In this document: piece after piece, positions 9,571-17,928 of the stretch
How the letters are laid out: the number at the start of each line of letters is the position of its first letter
Numbering within the stretch: the first letter of the stretch is position 1
Source of the DNA: Archaeoglobus sp. JdFR-37
GTDB taxonomy: Archaea > Halobacteriota > Archaeoglobi > Archaeoglobales > Archaeoglobaceae
Direction: 5' to 3'
Assembly: GCA_002010215.1 (NCBI GenBank)
Contig: MTMY01000047.1
Coordinates: forward strand, 112,263-132,262
DNA: 20,000 nt
Made by a program: the position numbers and the translations under genes
Notes under the pieces: generated by a model
What the model was told of the DNA's origin: nothing
What the model saw: only the letters and a program-made list of their open reading frames with translations
Database searches by the model: none

Positions 9571-9767
9571 TGATGAAATAGATGGATATATATTCAGTTT
9601 GGAACTCATAGGTTTGCAAGAGCTTCGGGATTGGGAGATGGCTTGTAGTTTTGAGTCCTTGAAAGTCCTTTTCGAGCAGTCAATCTGGAGCTGGAAATTA
9701 ATATTGGTCAATATTGGTTTTATAAGTTTGGTAAGTATTAAATAATGATTCCAAAGTAAGTGACTGT

Positions 9768-10721
9768 ATGCCTCTGGAACCAAGAAAGATTTTCATGAGT
9801 GGTGGAAGCAGCTACATAGTAACACTTCCGAAAAACTGGGTTGAAAAAAATGGTTTAAAAGCAGGAGACAGCATTCTGATGAATATTGGTAAGGAGAGTA
9901 TAACTCTTCTCGCTGAAAAAACAGAGAGGAGGCTGAAGGAGGCGAAAATTAAAATTGATGGAGCGGCAGAGACTTTACTCAGGAGAATAATCTCTTACTA
10001 TCTAGCAGGATACGAAAGCATTTTTGTGGAGATTAATGGGGAGCAGAGGAAGGCCTGCATGATGGCAACAGAAATGCTTGTAGGAGCGGAAATTCTTGAG
10101 GATTATGGGAATAAAATCAGAATAGAAGTATTTCTGAATGAGTCTAGGTTTAAAACCAAAGATCTACTTGAGAAAATGGCAAACATCTGTATATCGATGC
10201 TTGAGGACTTTTCAAGAGTTGTGGCAGATTTCAATGCTGATCTCTGCTCCTCGATCCTCTCAAGAGAGAATGAAGTTGACAAGCTCTATTTTCTGATATT
10301 GAGGCAGCTAAAGACTGCCGTGAGATATCCGGATGTTGCGTCGAATCTCGAACTGACTAATCGGGAGATTCTGGGATTGAGGATAGTGATTAAAACTCTT
10401 GAGAGAGTTGCTGATCACGTCACATTGATGACTGAAAGCATAAGGGAACTCGGGAAATCAGTACCTCGAATCCATGATAATGCCTCAGATACTTTGGCTC
10501 TCTTCAAGGCTGCCATTAACTCTTACCAGAAGGGAGCTGCAGATATTGCTGACGAGATTTTCGTCATGTCAAATGATATAAAGGATAAAATCAGGGAGGT
10601 TGAGATAGATGGTGAAGTTTACGAGGCACTGAAATTGAAGACGATTCTCGATGGTCTCATAAGGATAGCAGGCTATTCGGAGGATATTGCAGAAATAACA
10701 ATCAATCTCTCGGTTCAATAG
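9768..10721 (+). CDS. Phosphate uptake regulator: N-terminal AbrB/SpoVT DNA-binding domain plus PhoU domains
   Basis: RKIFMSGGSSYIVTLPKNWV (AbrB-like), RRIISYYLAGY, ENEVDKLY, LERVADH; divergent from pstS. Confidence 0.92.
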   Translation: MPLEPRKIFMSGGSSYIVTLPKNWVEKNGLKAGDSILMNIGKESITLLAEKTERRLKEAKIKIDGAAETLLRRIISYYLAGYESIFVEINGEQRKACMMATEMLVGAEILEDYGNKIRIEVFLNESRFKTKDLLEKMANICISMLEDFSRVVADFNADLCSSILSRENEVDKLYFLILRQLKTAVRYPDVASNLELTNREILGLRIVIKTLERVADHVTLMTESIRELGKSVPRIHDNASDTLALFKAAINSYQKGAADIADEIFVMSNDIKDKIREVEIDGEVYEALKLKTILDGLIRIAGYSEDIAEITINLSVQ

Positions 10722-10952
10722 GGGTTTGTGGGTTTTTTAACATTTTAGATTGCTTTATTTAAATATTATCCCGCCCACCTAGCTCCTCCCCCATCCCTAA
10801 GCTACATGCAGATTTTGATTCCAAGTTTTTTACAGAATTCTGACTCCAGAAGCCTAACTGAAAGGAAGATAGTCAACTCCACGAATCCGCGACTTCTCAC
10901 TCAAAAACGATGACCGCAAGTTTCATAAACAAAATGGCCAATGGCTACACGA

Positions 10953-11025
10953 AGCCCCGTGGGGTAGTGGTCAATCCTGCCGGACTCTGGATCCGGCGAC
11001 CCCGGTTCGAATCCGGGCGGGGCTA
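10953..11025 (+). tRNA. tRNA-Gln (anticodon CTG)
   Basis: Acceptor stem AGCCCCG/CGGGGCT plus discriminator A; anticodon arm CCGGA-CTCTGGA-TCCGG; T arm CCCGG-TTCGAAT-CCGGG. No intron, CCA not encoded. TATA-like TTTCATAAA at about 10921. Confidence 0.97.
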
Positions 11026-11147
11026 TGGTTTGAATATAATTCAAAAATCCTTCTTTAGTTTTATTTCACTTTAATCCCTACTTCAGCCATTTCAGTTGTC
11101 GTCTTTATTATTCTCAGCTCCTCCTCCGTCCCAGTTGTTTTACTAAT

Positions 11148-11246
11148 ACTGATTAAGACTGATTAAGTTAAATAAGTTAAACATGAAGTTCTGGGAAGAA
11201 AAAAGAAATTAATTGTTTTTCAAATCACACCCCTTAAATCACACCC
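11148..11246. repeat. Cluster of short tandem duplications
   Basis: ACTGATTAAG x2 (11148-11167), TAAGTTAAA x2 (11164-11181), AAATCACACCC x2 (at 11222 and 11236). Confidence 0.85.
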
Positions 11247-12571
11247 TTACTCTTCAACTCCTCCAGCCTGGCTTTTCCGTAGCCCAGCATTTCCTTGTAA
11301 ATGTATTCGTTATCCGCTCCAACAGGTCTGCAAACCCACTTTATCCTGCCAGGTGTTTTCTCGTGCTTTGCAACCACTCCCTGAACCACTACCTCTCCAT
11401 AATCTGGATCTCTAATCTTCCTGAGCCCCCCTCTGAGCCACCAATTTTCCTGTTCGAAGGTCTGCTTTGGTGTCCACACCTCTCCAGCAACGCATGTACC
11501 CTCTCCTTTGTAGTCTAGCGTAGCCTGAATAATCTCCTGCTGGGTTCTTTCTGATGTCCACTTCTCTATTTCATGAAGAACAACAGGCCAGTTCTCTGGA
11601 GTGAGCCTCTCCTTTATGGTTGGATACTTCTCTCTGAGATCCGGGCGACCTATAATTTCCGTCAGGGCGTAGAAGTTCACATCGCTGAATCCTGCCATAA
11701 ATGCCATCCCATCCTTTGCCTTAACCAAAGTATATACAAAGACTGCCGGATCGAAGTTTGCTACCCTGTTTATGACCTTCTTCTTGGCATGGTAATACTG
11801 CACGTAGTAGTTCGTTACCTTCGCCATCGCCTCGGGCTCTGAAACATCAATAAACTGCCCCTCTCCCGTGAATCTCTTCCAGTACAAAGCCACCATAATT
11901 CCGAAGGCAGCAAAACCTCCGCCGACATACCAGCCCAGCCACGGGCCAAGCTTTGTGGGTACTCTCGCATGCTCTGGATACTCTTCATATTCCTCAGGGA
12001 TGCCGGTTGTCCAGGCTATGCCTCCCATTGCCTGATTCACAACATCGTAGTCTGGCCTGTTGCTCTTCGCCTTCGGCCCAAAGTGGCCGTAACTATATAT
12101 TGCACAGTATATCAATCCGGGGTTTATTTTCTTAAGCTGTCTGTATCCTACTCCCAAGCTGTCCATGTAACCCGGCTTGTAGGTTTCAATGAGGACATCA
12201 GCCTTCTCAACCAGCTCTCTCAGAACTTCTCTGCCCTCTTCAGTCTCGAGATTCAGAGTTATGTGGTATTTATTTCTTCCCTCAACTATATAGGCCAGCC
12301 CAGTATCTTTCAGTTTCAGACCGAAGGGTGTCATTTTTCTGGATATGTCGCCACCTGGAGGCTCAATGCGTATTACCTTCGCTCCGTATTCTGCCAGCAG
12401 AGATGACGCATAAAGACCAGCAAAATTCCCATAACTCAAATCCAGCACCACTACGTCTTCTAACGCCTCAGGCTTTCTGCTGGCTTTAAAAGGATCGCAA
12501 TGTTCTTTGGCCCACTCATCCCAAGGAACCTGATTTACATCTTTCACATCTTCAGCCATTTTATCACCCAT
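11234..12571 (-). CDS. Family III CoA-transferase (CaiB/BaiF) subunit lacking the catalytic Asp
   Basis: LEDVVVLDLS, LAEYGAKVIRIEPPGGD, ADVLIETYKPG, INPGLIY, YGHFGP, GEGQFIDVS. Two in-frame starts (12571 and 12559). Confidence 0.92.
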   Translation of the reverse strand: MGDKMAEDVKDVNQVPWDEWAKEHCDPFKASRKPEALEDVVVLDLSYGNFAGLYASSLLAEYGAKVIRIEPPGGDISRKMTPFGLKLKDTGLAYIVEGRNKYHITLNLETEEGREVLRELVEKADVLIETYKPGYMDSLGVGYRQLKKINPGLIYCAIYSYGHFGPKAKSNRPDYDVVNQAMGGIAWTTGIPEEYEEYPEHARVPTKLGPWLGWYVGGGFAAFGIMVALYWKRFTGEGQFIDVSEPEAMAKVTNYYVQYYHAKKKVINRVANFDPAVFVYTLVKAKDGMAFMAGFSDVNFYALTEIIGRPDLREKYPTIKERLTPENWPVVLHEIEKWTSERTQQEIIQATLDYKGEGTCVAGEVWTPKQTFEQENWWLRGGLRKIRDPDYGEVVVQGVVAKHEKTPGRIKWVCRPVGADNEYIYKEMLGYGKARLEELKSKGVI

Positions 12572-12580
12572 TTTATCACC
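12557..12580 (-). repeat. Perfect 12-bp tandem duplication of SD plus start codon (GGTGATAAAATG x2)
   Basis: Plus strand reads CATTTTATCACC CATTTTATCACC. Confidence 0.9.
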
Positions 12581-13936
12581 TCACGGGAAGAATATGCCAC
12601 TCTTTCCATCCCAGTCTGGTGGCGGGCAGGCGAAGGGTATGTTTTCGTCCCATTTGCCAATGACACCCTTCTTGTAAAGCTCCTCAAGCTCTTCCTGAGA
12701 CATGCCGAGAAGCCTAATGAAAACATGCTCATTGTCTATACCCACAGGTCTTGCAGTCCACTTAATTCTACCTGGTGTTTCGCTCAGCTTAGGAACCGGT
12801 GCCACTTCTGCTAGTTCTCCCCATATTGGGTCCTCATATATCCACACAGACTTTCTTGCTCTCCAGTGATCATCCTCATACTGATCTTTAGCACTCATGA
12901 CTTTTGCAGCAGCAAATCCAAACTTCTCTGCAAGCTCCTCCAGTTCAGCAACGCTCTTTTCTCTAGCCCATTCATGAAGAACTTTGTAGATAACTGCCTG
13001 GTTTTCCTCTTTCAGTCTCTCCTCTATGTTGGTATATTTTTCGAAGATATCGAATCTACCCATCGCTTCACACAGCCCCCTGAATTCATCTTCGTTGAAT
13101 GCTGCAATGGCAACGTACCCATCTTTGGCTCTGACTATGTCTGACGGTACAATTGCCACATCTCTATTCCCGTAGCGCTCCCTGTTTTTGCCTGTTAGTC
13201 CGATATAAATCCATGTCCAGTCCATGTTTCTCATAAGGTTCTCAGCTTGGGGATGATCGATGTACTGCCCCTCCCCTGTATTCTCTCTCCAGTAGAGAGC
13301 CACCATTACAGCGAATGCACCCATGAGAGCGCCATAGAAATCACCAATCCAAGCACCAGCCTTCAGCGGGATAGCATCTGGGAAGCCTGTTGTTTCAATG
13401 AGTCCTGAAACGGCCTGAGCAACAGCATCGTAACTCGGCCTGAAGGTGAAGGGCCCCCACTGCCCGAAGCCGGACATACTAATGTAAATCAGGCGGGGAT
13501 TGATTTTGCTGAGCTGTCTATAGCCGATACCCCACCTATCGACAGTTCCTGGCCTGTAGTTTTCAACAATAACATCGCTCCGCTTAGCCAGCCTGTATAT
13601 CAAATCCTTACCTTCTGGAGTTCGCATGTCGATGGTTATGTGGTATTTGCTGTTGTTTGTAGCCTCAAAACCGGCAGCCAGGTTCTTATAGAAGTCTGCA
13701 AAGGGTGTGAGTGGGCGCATGGTGTCTCCTCTGCCAGGCATCTCAACATGGATGACCTCCGCTCCGAATTCTGCCAGATATGTTGCTACCATAGGTCCGA
13801 AAATCAAGGTTCCAATGTCCAGAACTCTGATGCCCTTAAGGGGTTCTGGCTTGTCGAAGATCTCTTCGGGATTCAGAATCTCTCTGATGTATTCTGTGTA
13901 TGGTAAACTTTCCAGATCAACCTTTTCTGGGTTCAT
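12581..13936 (-). CDS. Family III CoA-transferase (CaiB/BaiF), catalytic subunit
   Basis: PLKGIRVLD, LAEFGAEVIHVE, DVIVENYRPG, SGFGQWGP, YDAVAQAVSG, WIGDFYGA (catalytic Asp). ATG 13936 or GTG 13945. Confidence 0.94.
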   Translation of the reverse strand: MNPEKVDLESLPYTEYIREILNPEEIFDKPEPLKGIRVLDIGTLIFGPMVATYLAEFGAEVIHVEMPGRGDTMRPLTPFADFYKNLAAGFEATNNSKYHITIDMRTPEGKDLIYRLAKRSDVIVENYRPGTVDRWGIGYRQLSKINPRLIYISMSGFGQWGPFTFRPSYDAVAQAVSGLIETTGFPDAIPLKAGAWIGDFYGALMGAFAVMVALYWRENTGEGQYIDHPQAENLMRNMDWTWIYIGLTGKNRERYGNRDVAIVPSDIVRAKDGYVAIAAFNEDEFRGLCEAMGRFDIFEKYTNIEERLKEENQAVIYKVLHEWAREKSVAELEELAEKFGFAAAKVMSAKDQYEDDHWRARKSVWIYEDPIWGELAEVAPVPKLSETPGRIKWTARPVGIDNEHVFIRLLGMSQEELEELYKKGVIGKWDENIPFACPPPDWDGKSGIFFP

Positions 13937-14110
13937 TTTAACCACCCGAGCTAATAGTCACACCACCCGGACATGCGTCGCACTTAAATTTTTCCAAATT
14001 TTTAATCAATAAATTGTGATAAATCATATGTAATATTAAGAAATAAACAATGTTTTTGAAGCAATTAAATATTGCGGAGGTATTTTAAAGGATTGAAAAA
14101 ACTAAATTCC

Positions 14111-14959
14111 ATGAAGCCTACTGGTGTCTTATATCATCCCAGCTTTAGCAGAAGGAGTTATCTAACTATAGGAACAAGGCTTCAGGATTTTCCAGATGCC
14201 TTCAGGCAATTCGAGAAATATTCGAACTTTATGTTGATAGAGAGTCCTCAAGTTAGCGAGGAGCTAATCCTCAAGGTTCATAGACCGGAACTACTAGGAG
14301 GGGTAAAAAGAGACCCGCTGTGCTCCACTGCTTGGCATTCTGCAGGAGGTGTTGTGAAAGCTGCTGAGATGGTTTATGAGGGAGAACTTCGAAACGCTTT
14401 CTGCTATATAGGTGCTGGAGGCCATCACGCTGGGAGTCGAACTTTCTGGGGCTTTTGCTGTTTCAACGACGTTGTTCTGGCAATTCATAATCTCAGAGAA
14501 AAACATGGTGAATTGAATAAGGCTCTGAAATTTGCAATTCTTGACACTGATGCGCATCATGGAGATGGGACCAGAGAATTGCTTATGGACGATAGAAACA
14601 CGCTCCATTTTTGCATATGTGGCAGCGATTACATTTCGCCTGACGGCACGAAAATTGATGTCAGCTACTGGAATCTTGATAGGGCCAAATATGTGGAGAT
14701 TGTGGAAGTCCATTTTGCTGACGAAGCAAGACGTTTCAAACCCGATTTAATCTTCTGGTATTTTGGTCATGACACCCATGTAGGGGATTATGGGGACATC
14801 GGACTGACTGTCAGAGAATACGTGAGAATTGCGAAAATTATGAAAGAGCTGGCTGCAGAAATATGTGATGGCAAGCTTGTGGTGGTGCTTGGCGGAGGTA
14901 GTGTGCCTTACATAGCAAAAACATCTACAATGGCTATAATAGAGGAGTTACTGAAATAA
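14111..14959 (+). CDS. Histone deacetylase-superfamily (AcuC/AphA-like) Zn-dependent amidohydrolase
   Basis: GGHHA, GFCCFND, ILDTDAHHGDGT, PDLIFWYFGHDTHVGD, VVVLGGGS. Likely start ATG 14111 (MKPTGVLYHP). Confidence 0.9.
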   Translation: MKPTGVLYHPSFSRRSYLTIGTRLQDFPDAFRQFEKYSNFMLIESPQVSEELILKVHRPELLGGVKRDPLCSTAWHSAGGVVKAAEMVYEGELRNAFCYIGAGGHHAGSRTFWGFCCFNDVVLAIHNLREKHGELNKALKFAILDTDAHHGDGTRELLMDDRNTLHFCICGSDYISPDGTKIDVSYWNLDRAKYVEIVEVHFADEARRFKPDLIFWYFGHDTHVGDYGDIGLTVREYVRIAKIMKELAAEICDGKLVVVLGGGSVPYIAKTSTMAIIEELLK

Positions 14960-15126
14960 TGCTGTGGTCTATAATTTTATTTTTAGTTCGAAAAGTGAAC
15001 ACAGATATTTCCATTTTTATGATATCTGTAATGGTTCTTTCAACTCCGATTGCAGAGAACAACTCGAAACACTTTTATAACGGCTATTTATCATGATTAT
15101 GTAAAGAATCTATACAAGGTATTGTT

Positions 15127-15837
15127 ATGGGAGTTATAGGGATTGTAGGCGGGCTGAATGCAGTACTTGGAATTTATCTTCTATTCATCATAGCCAACCT
15201 TTCCCAAGAAGAAAGAGAAAGAATGAATATGCACTGGAAGCCCATTTCCTTTTTGGTGTTAGCATCTCTTTTTATATTCATGGGTTGGTCGATCATCGAA
15301 GTTGGAAAATTATCTCACACGTTTCCTACGTGGATTTATTTTATAGAAAGGGTAGTATTTCCTTTATTTTTCCTTGGGATATATCTTATCTTTTTTTATG
15401 TTTTTTCAAAAACGGATGCGGGTTATCCCTTCCCAATGGGACTTCCTGAGAGGTTCGTTATCACTCTTCTTTCAATATGTGTTTACTGGTTGCTCTCTTT
15501 CCAGCTTTATGAACACTTCCCAGAAATTCAGAATTTCATATTTGGGATTATGGATTTGGCTTTTGCGATTTTAATTATCATTCTTGGATACGGTTTGTAT
15601 ATAAGTTTTACAAAGTATCTCCCTTATTTGAAATCGGGAGCAATAGTGGCTCCGATGAACCTTGTTGACATTATTGACGGTTTTATTTTGGCCTTTGTAC
15701 TATATGGATTTGCTCTTCTGAATATAGACCTCGGAATAGTAGTTGGGTATAGGTTTATGGAATTTGCAGCAGTTATTGTGTTTGGTTACAACATCAACAG
15801 CTATGTGAGGGGACTGATAAAAATAGTAGGGACATAG
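15127..15837 (+). CDS. Hypothetical integral membrane protein, about 7 TM helices
   Basis: 236-aa ORF with seven hydrophobic segments; TATA-like TTTTATAA at about 15073; no recognised family motif. Confidence 0.75.
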   Translation: MGVIGIVGGLNAVLGIYLLFIIANLSQEERERMNMHWKPISFLVLASLFIFMGWSIIEVGKLSHTFPTWIYFIERVVFPLFFLGIYLIFFYVFSKTDAGYPFPMGLPERFVITLLSICVYWLLSFQLYEHFPEIQNFIFGIMDLAFAILIIILGYGLYISFTKYLPYLKSGAIVAPMNLVDIIDGFILAFVLYGFALLNIDLGIVVGYRFMEFAAVIVFGYNINSYVRGLIKIVGT

Positions 15838-15889
15838 CTGGTGATAAAAGTTAATAATAATTAATAAAAATCTAAATAAAACTAAATGG

Positions 15890-17146
15890 TCATACAGGGA
15901 CTTTTATCTTCTCCTCAATAACCTTGTTGAAGGCCTTTATGAATTCCTCTTCTTTGCCTTTATCTATAAGAGTTGCAGCAGCAATTTTATGTGTTGCGTC
16001 AGCAATTCCTCCAACTGCTTCGCTGGCTTTCGGGAAAACGATCTCGTATCCTGGAGCTTCTCCCGATAGCACCTTTCTTTCCAGAAGTGTAGGTATTCTT
16101 CCACTGACCTTGACAGCATTCCAATCAACATCTCCGAGGTCAGGGATGTATCTGGAGCAGTTCTGGAATCCGAGCAGGTATCTGTCCTCTTTGATGAACG
16201 ACATATCCTTTATTAGCTGACAGAACTCTCCGACAGCCTTGACGCCCATGGGAGAGAACATATCTTGAAGGTGGAACCACTGAACATATCCATCAATATG
16301 CAAGCCACCATTCCTGAGATATTTAATAGCATTCTCAAACTTCTCTTTTTTAACCCTCTCAAGCTCTTCTGCTTCACTGATAGTTTCTTCGTCAAAGCCT
16401 TCCAGACAGGCCTTAATGCCCTTTCTGTAACCTTTTCTTTCGTAACCAACAGTGCCAAGGTTTGTGAGTCTTCTTGCCACATCGCTGGCGAACTCATTGA
16501 AGAATTTTATGTAGTATCTCTCCCTTGCACCTTCTATCTTTACTTTCACCTGTCCGAGGCTCAGAGCCTCTTCCAGTGCAAATCTGTCAAATCCTAATAT
16601 GCCTCCACTTCTGTCGTGATAGTCCCCTACTGAACCAACAACAGCCAGATATGCATAATCTCTTAGCTCCTCGCTCACGCTAACGGCGAGAAGGTAGTTG
16701 AGGGTTGATGCTGAGATAAAGATATCTCCAGAGACTCCAAGCACCTCTGAATCCAGCATGAAAAATAAATCGCCTTCTTCAATCATTGCTGCAGGATGAT
16801 GGTCGATTATCCAAACGGTACATCTGCCAGCATTAATTTCAGAAATCATTTTTGCTGCTAATCCAGCGAGATCAGTGTAAATTACTACCTCTCCCTCATA
16901 CTTAGTGTGGATTTTATCAACAAGGATTGGGTGAACTTTTTCAAGACATATCATATCAACTTTGATTCCGAGATGTTCACAAAGTTTTGAGAGAATTGCA
17001 GTGGAACAGATCCCATCAGCATCGTTGTGGTGGACTATCACACCTCTATCTCCTGAGAACTCCTTCATCCTGCTGCTCATCTTTCTTATTCCTTCTAAAA
17101 ACTCGTGATTAAGGAAACATTCACTTGCAATCATAATACTCATCAT
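15890..17146 (-). CDS. DHH-family phosphoesterase (RecJ/NrnA-like)
   Basis: HHNDADG, YTDL, IIDHH and VGD motifs; degenerate DHHA1-like C-terminus (VSGR...GGIADATHKIAAA). Start uncertain. Confidence 0.88.
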   Translation of the reverse strand: MMSIMIASECFLNHEFLEGIRKMSSRMKEFSGDRGVIVHHNDADGICSTAILSKLCEHLGIKVDMICLEKVHPILVDKIHTKYEGEVVIYTDLAGLAAKMISEINAGRCTVWIIDHHPAAMIEEGDLFFMLDSEVLGVSGDIFISASTLNYLLAVSVSEELRDYAYLAVVGSVGDYHDRSGGILGFDRFALEEALSLGQVKVKIEGARERYYIKFFNEFASDVARRLTNLGTVGYERKGYRKGIKACLEGFDEETISEAEELERVKKEKFENAIKYLRNGGLHIDGYVQWFHLQDMFSPMGVKAVGEFCQLIKDMSFIKEDRYLLGFQNCSRYIPDLGDVDWNAVKVSGRIPTLLERKVLSGEAPGYEIVFPKASEAVGGIADATHKIAAATLIDKGKEEEFIKAFNKVIEEKIKVPV

Positions 17147-17440
17147 TACTAACAGCCATTTAAAAAGTTTTCGTAATCTTTAGTAGAAGATGTGGGTAAA
17201 ATTTGAAGGGAGAGTAAACTGAAATCTTTCTATTTCTCACCCTTTCAGAAGTTTTACGAATTCTATCAATCTGATCGTCTCTAGGAGCTCATAAATCTTC
17301 ACACGAACCCATTAGGGATTCCCCTCGTTTCCCCATTTTCACTTTATCTACATCCCCAACTAAAACTTCTTCACGTAGTCTAACTGATACATCGTTAACC
17401 CTCTAGCAAGATTTTTCTAAGCCTAAATTCTCATACAATT

Positions 17441-17926
17441 ATGACTTTTAGATCAGTTGAATTACCGGGAGTAGGAACCAAATACGAATTAACAACGGAG
17501 AAAGGAGATAAAATTGTCATAATTTTTATGAGTTCAGGAAACATTCAAATTTACGTCCTCGAAAAAGGATGCGAAACTCCTGCCGTGGCTGAGTTGAATC
17601 CGGGGGAAGCGAGAAGACTTGGAAGTATTCTGACCGGAGCAATTCTTGAAGCTGAAAGGGAGGCAGTAGAGATTGCTTTTTCAGCCCTATCTGACCTCAG
17701 GATCAGCATTCATACCTACATCATAGGCAAAAATGTTGTTGGGAGATCAATTGGAGAACTGGGGATCAGAAAGAAAACTGGAGTAACCATTGTTGCAGTT
17801 TCGAGAATGGGAAGAAACATCATAAATCCACCACCATCATTTATTTTCGAAGAAGGAGATGTAGTGGTTGCTATAGGGGAGCATGAGCAGCTCAAAGCTT
17901 TTGAGAGTAAAATCTTGAGGATGTGA
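17441..17926 (+). CDS. khtT: Cation:proton antiporter regulatory subunit (KhtT-like, C-terminal RCK_C/TrkA-C domain)
   Basis: ELPGVGTKYEL, EARRLGSIL, GRSIGELGIRKKTGVTIVAV, NPPPSFIFEEGDVVVAIG. Confidence 0.88.
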   Translation: MTFRSVELPGVGTKYELTTEKGDKIVIIFMSSGNIQIYVLEKGCETPAVAELNPGEARRLGSILTGAILEAEREAVEIAFSALSDLRISIHTYIIGKNVVGRSIGELGIRKKTGVTIVAVSRMGRNIINPPPSFIFEEGDVVVAIGEHEQLKAFESKILRM

Positions 17927-17928
17927 GA

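Noticed and set aside
9499..9783. ORFs 9518..9745 (+) and 9499..9783 (-)
   Set aside because: They span the AT-rich divergent promoter, have no SD and no recognisable motif; likely spurious.
10806..10913. 35-aa ORF (MQILIPSF...) or C/D-box sRNA upstream of the tRNA
   Set aside because: No SD, no protein-like features, and no properly paired C (RTGATGA) and D (CTGA) boxes.
10953..11025. tRNA-Gln as attachment site of an integrated element
   Set aside because: I saw no duplicate of the tRNA 3' half and no integrase in the window; the flanking genes are metabolic.
11234..12571. Second CoA-transferase as a pseudogene
   Set aside because: Full length, no frameshifts, strong SD and conserved structural motifs; better explained as a non-catalytic subunit.
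15127..15837. Microbial rhodopsin or heliorhodopsin
   Set aside because: No Lys within TM7 (no DxxxK or SxxxK retinal-binding motif).
17237..17400. Possible minus-strand gene remnant (...VKIYELLETIRLIEFVKLLKG*)
   Set aside because: Purine-rich and coding-like, but interrupted by stops; I cannot assign a family without a search.
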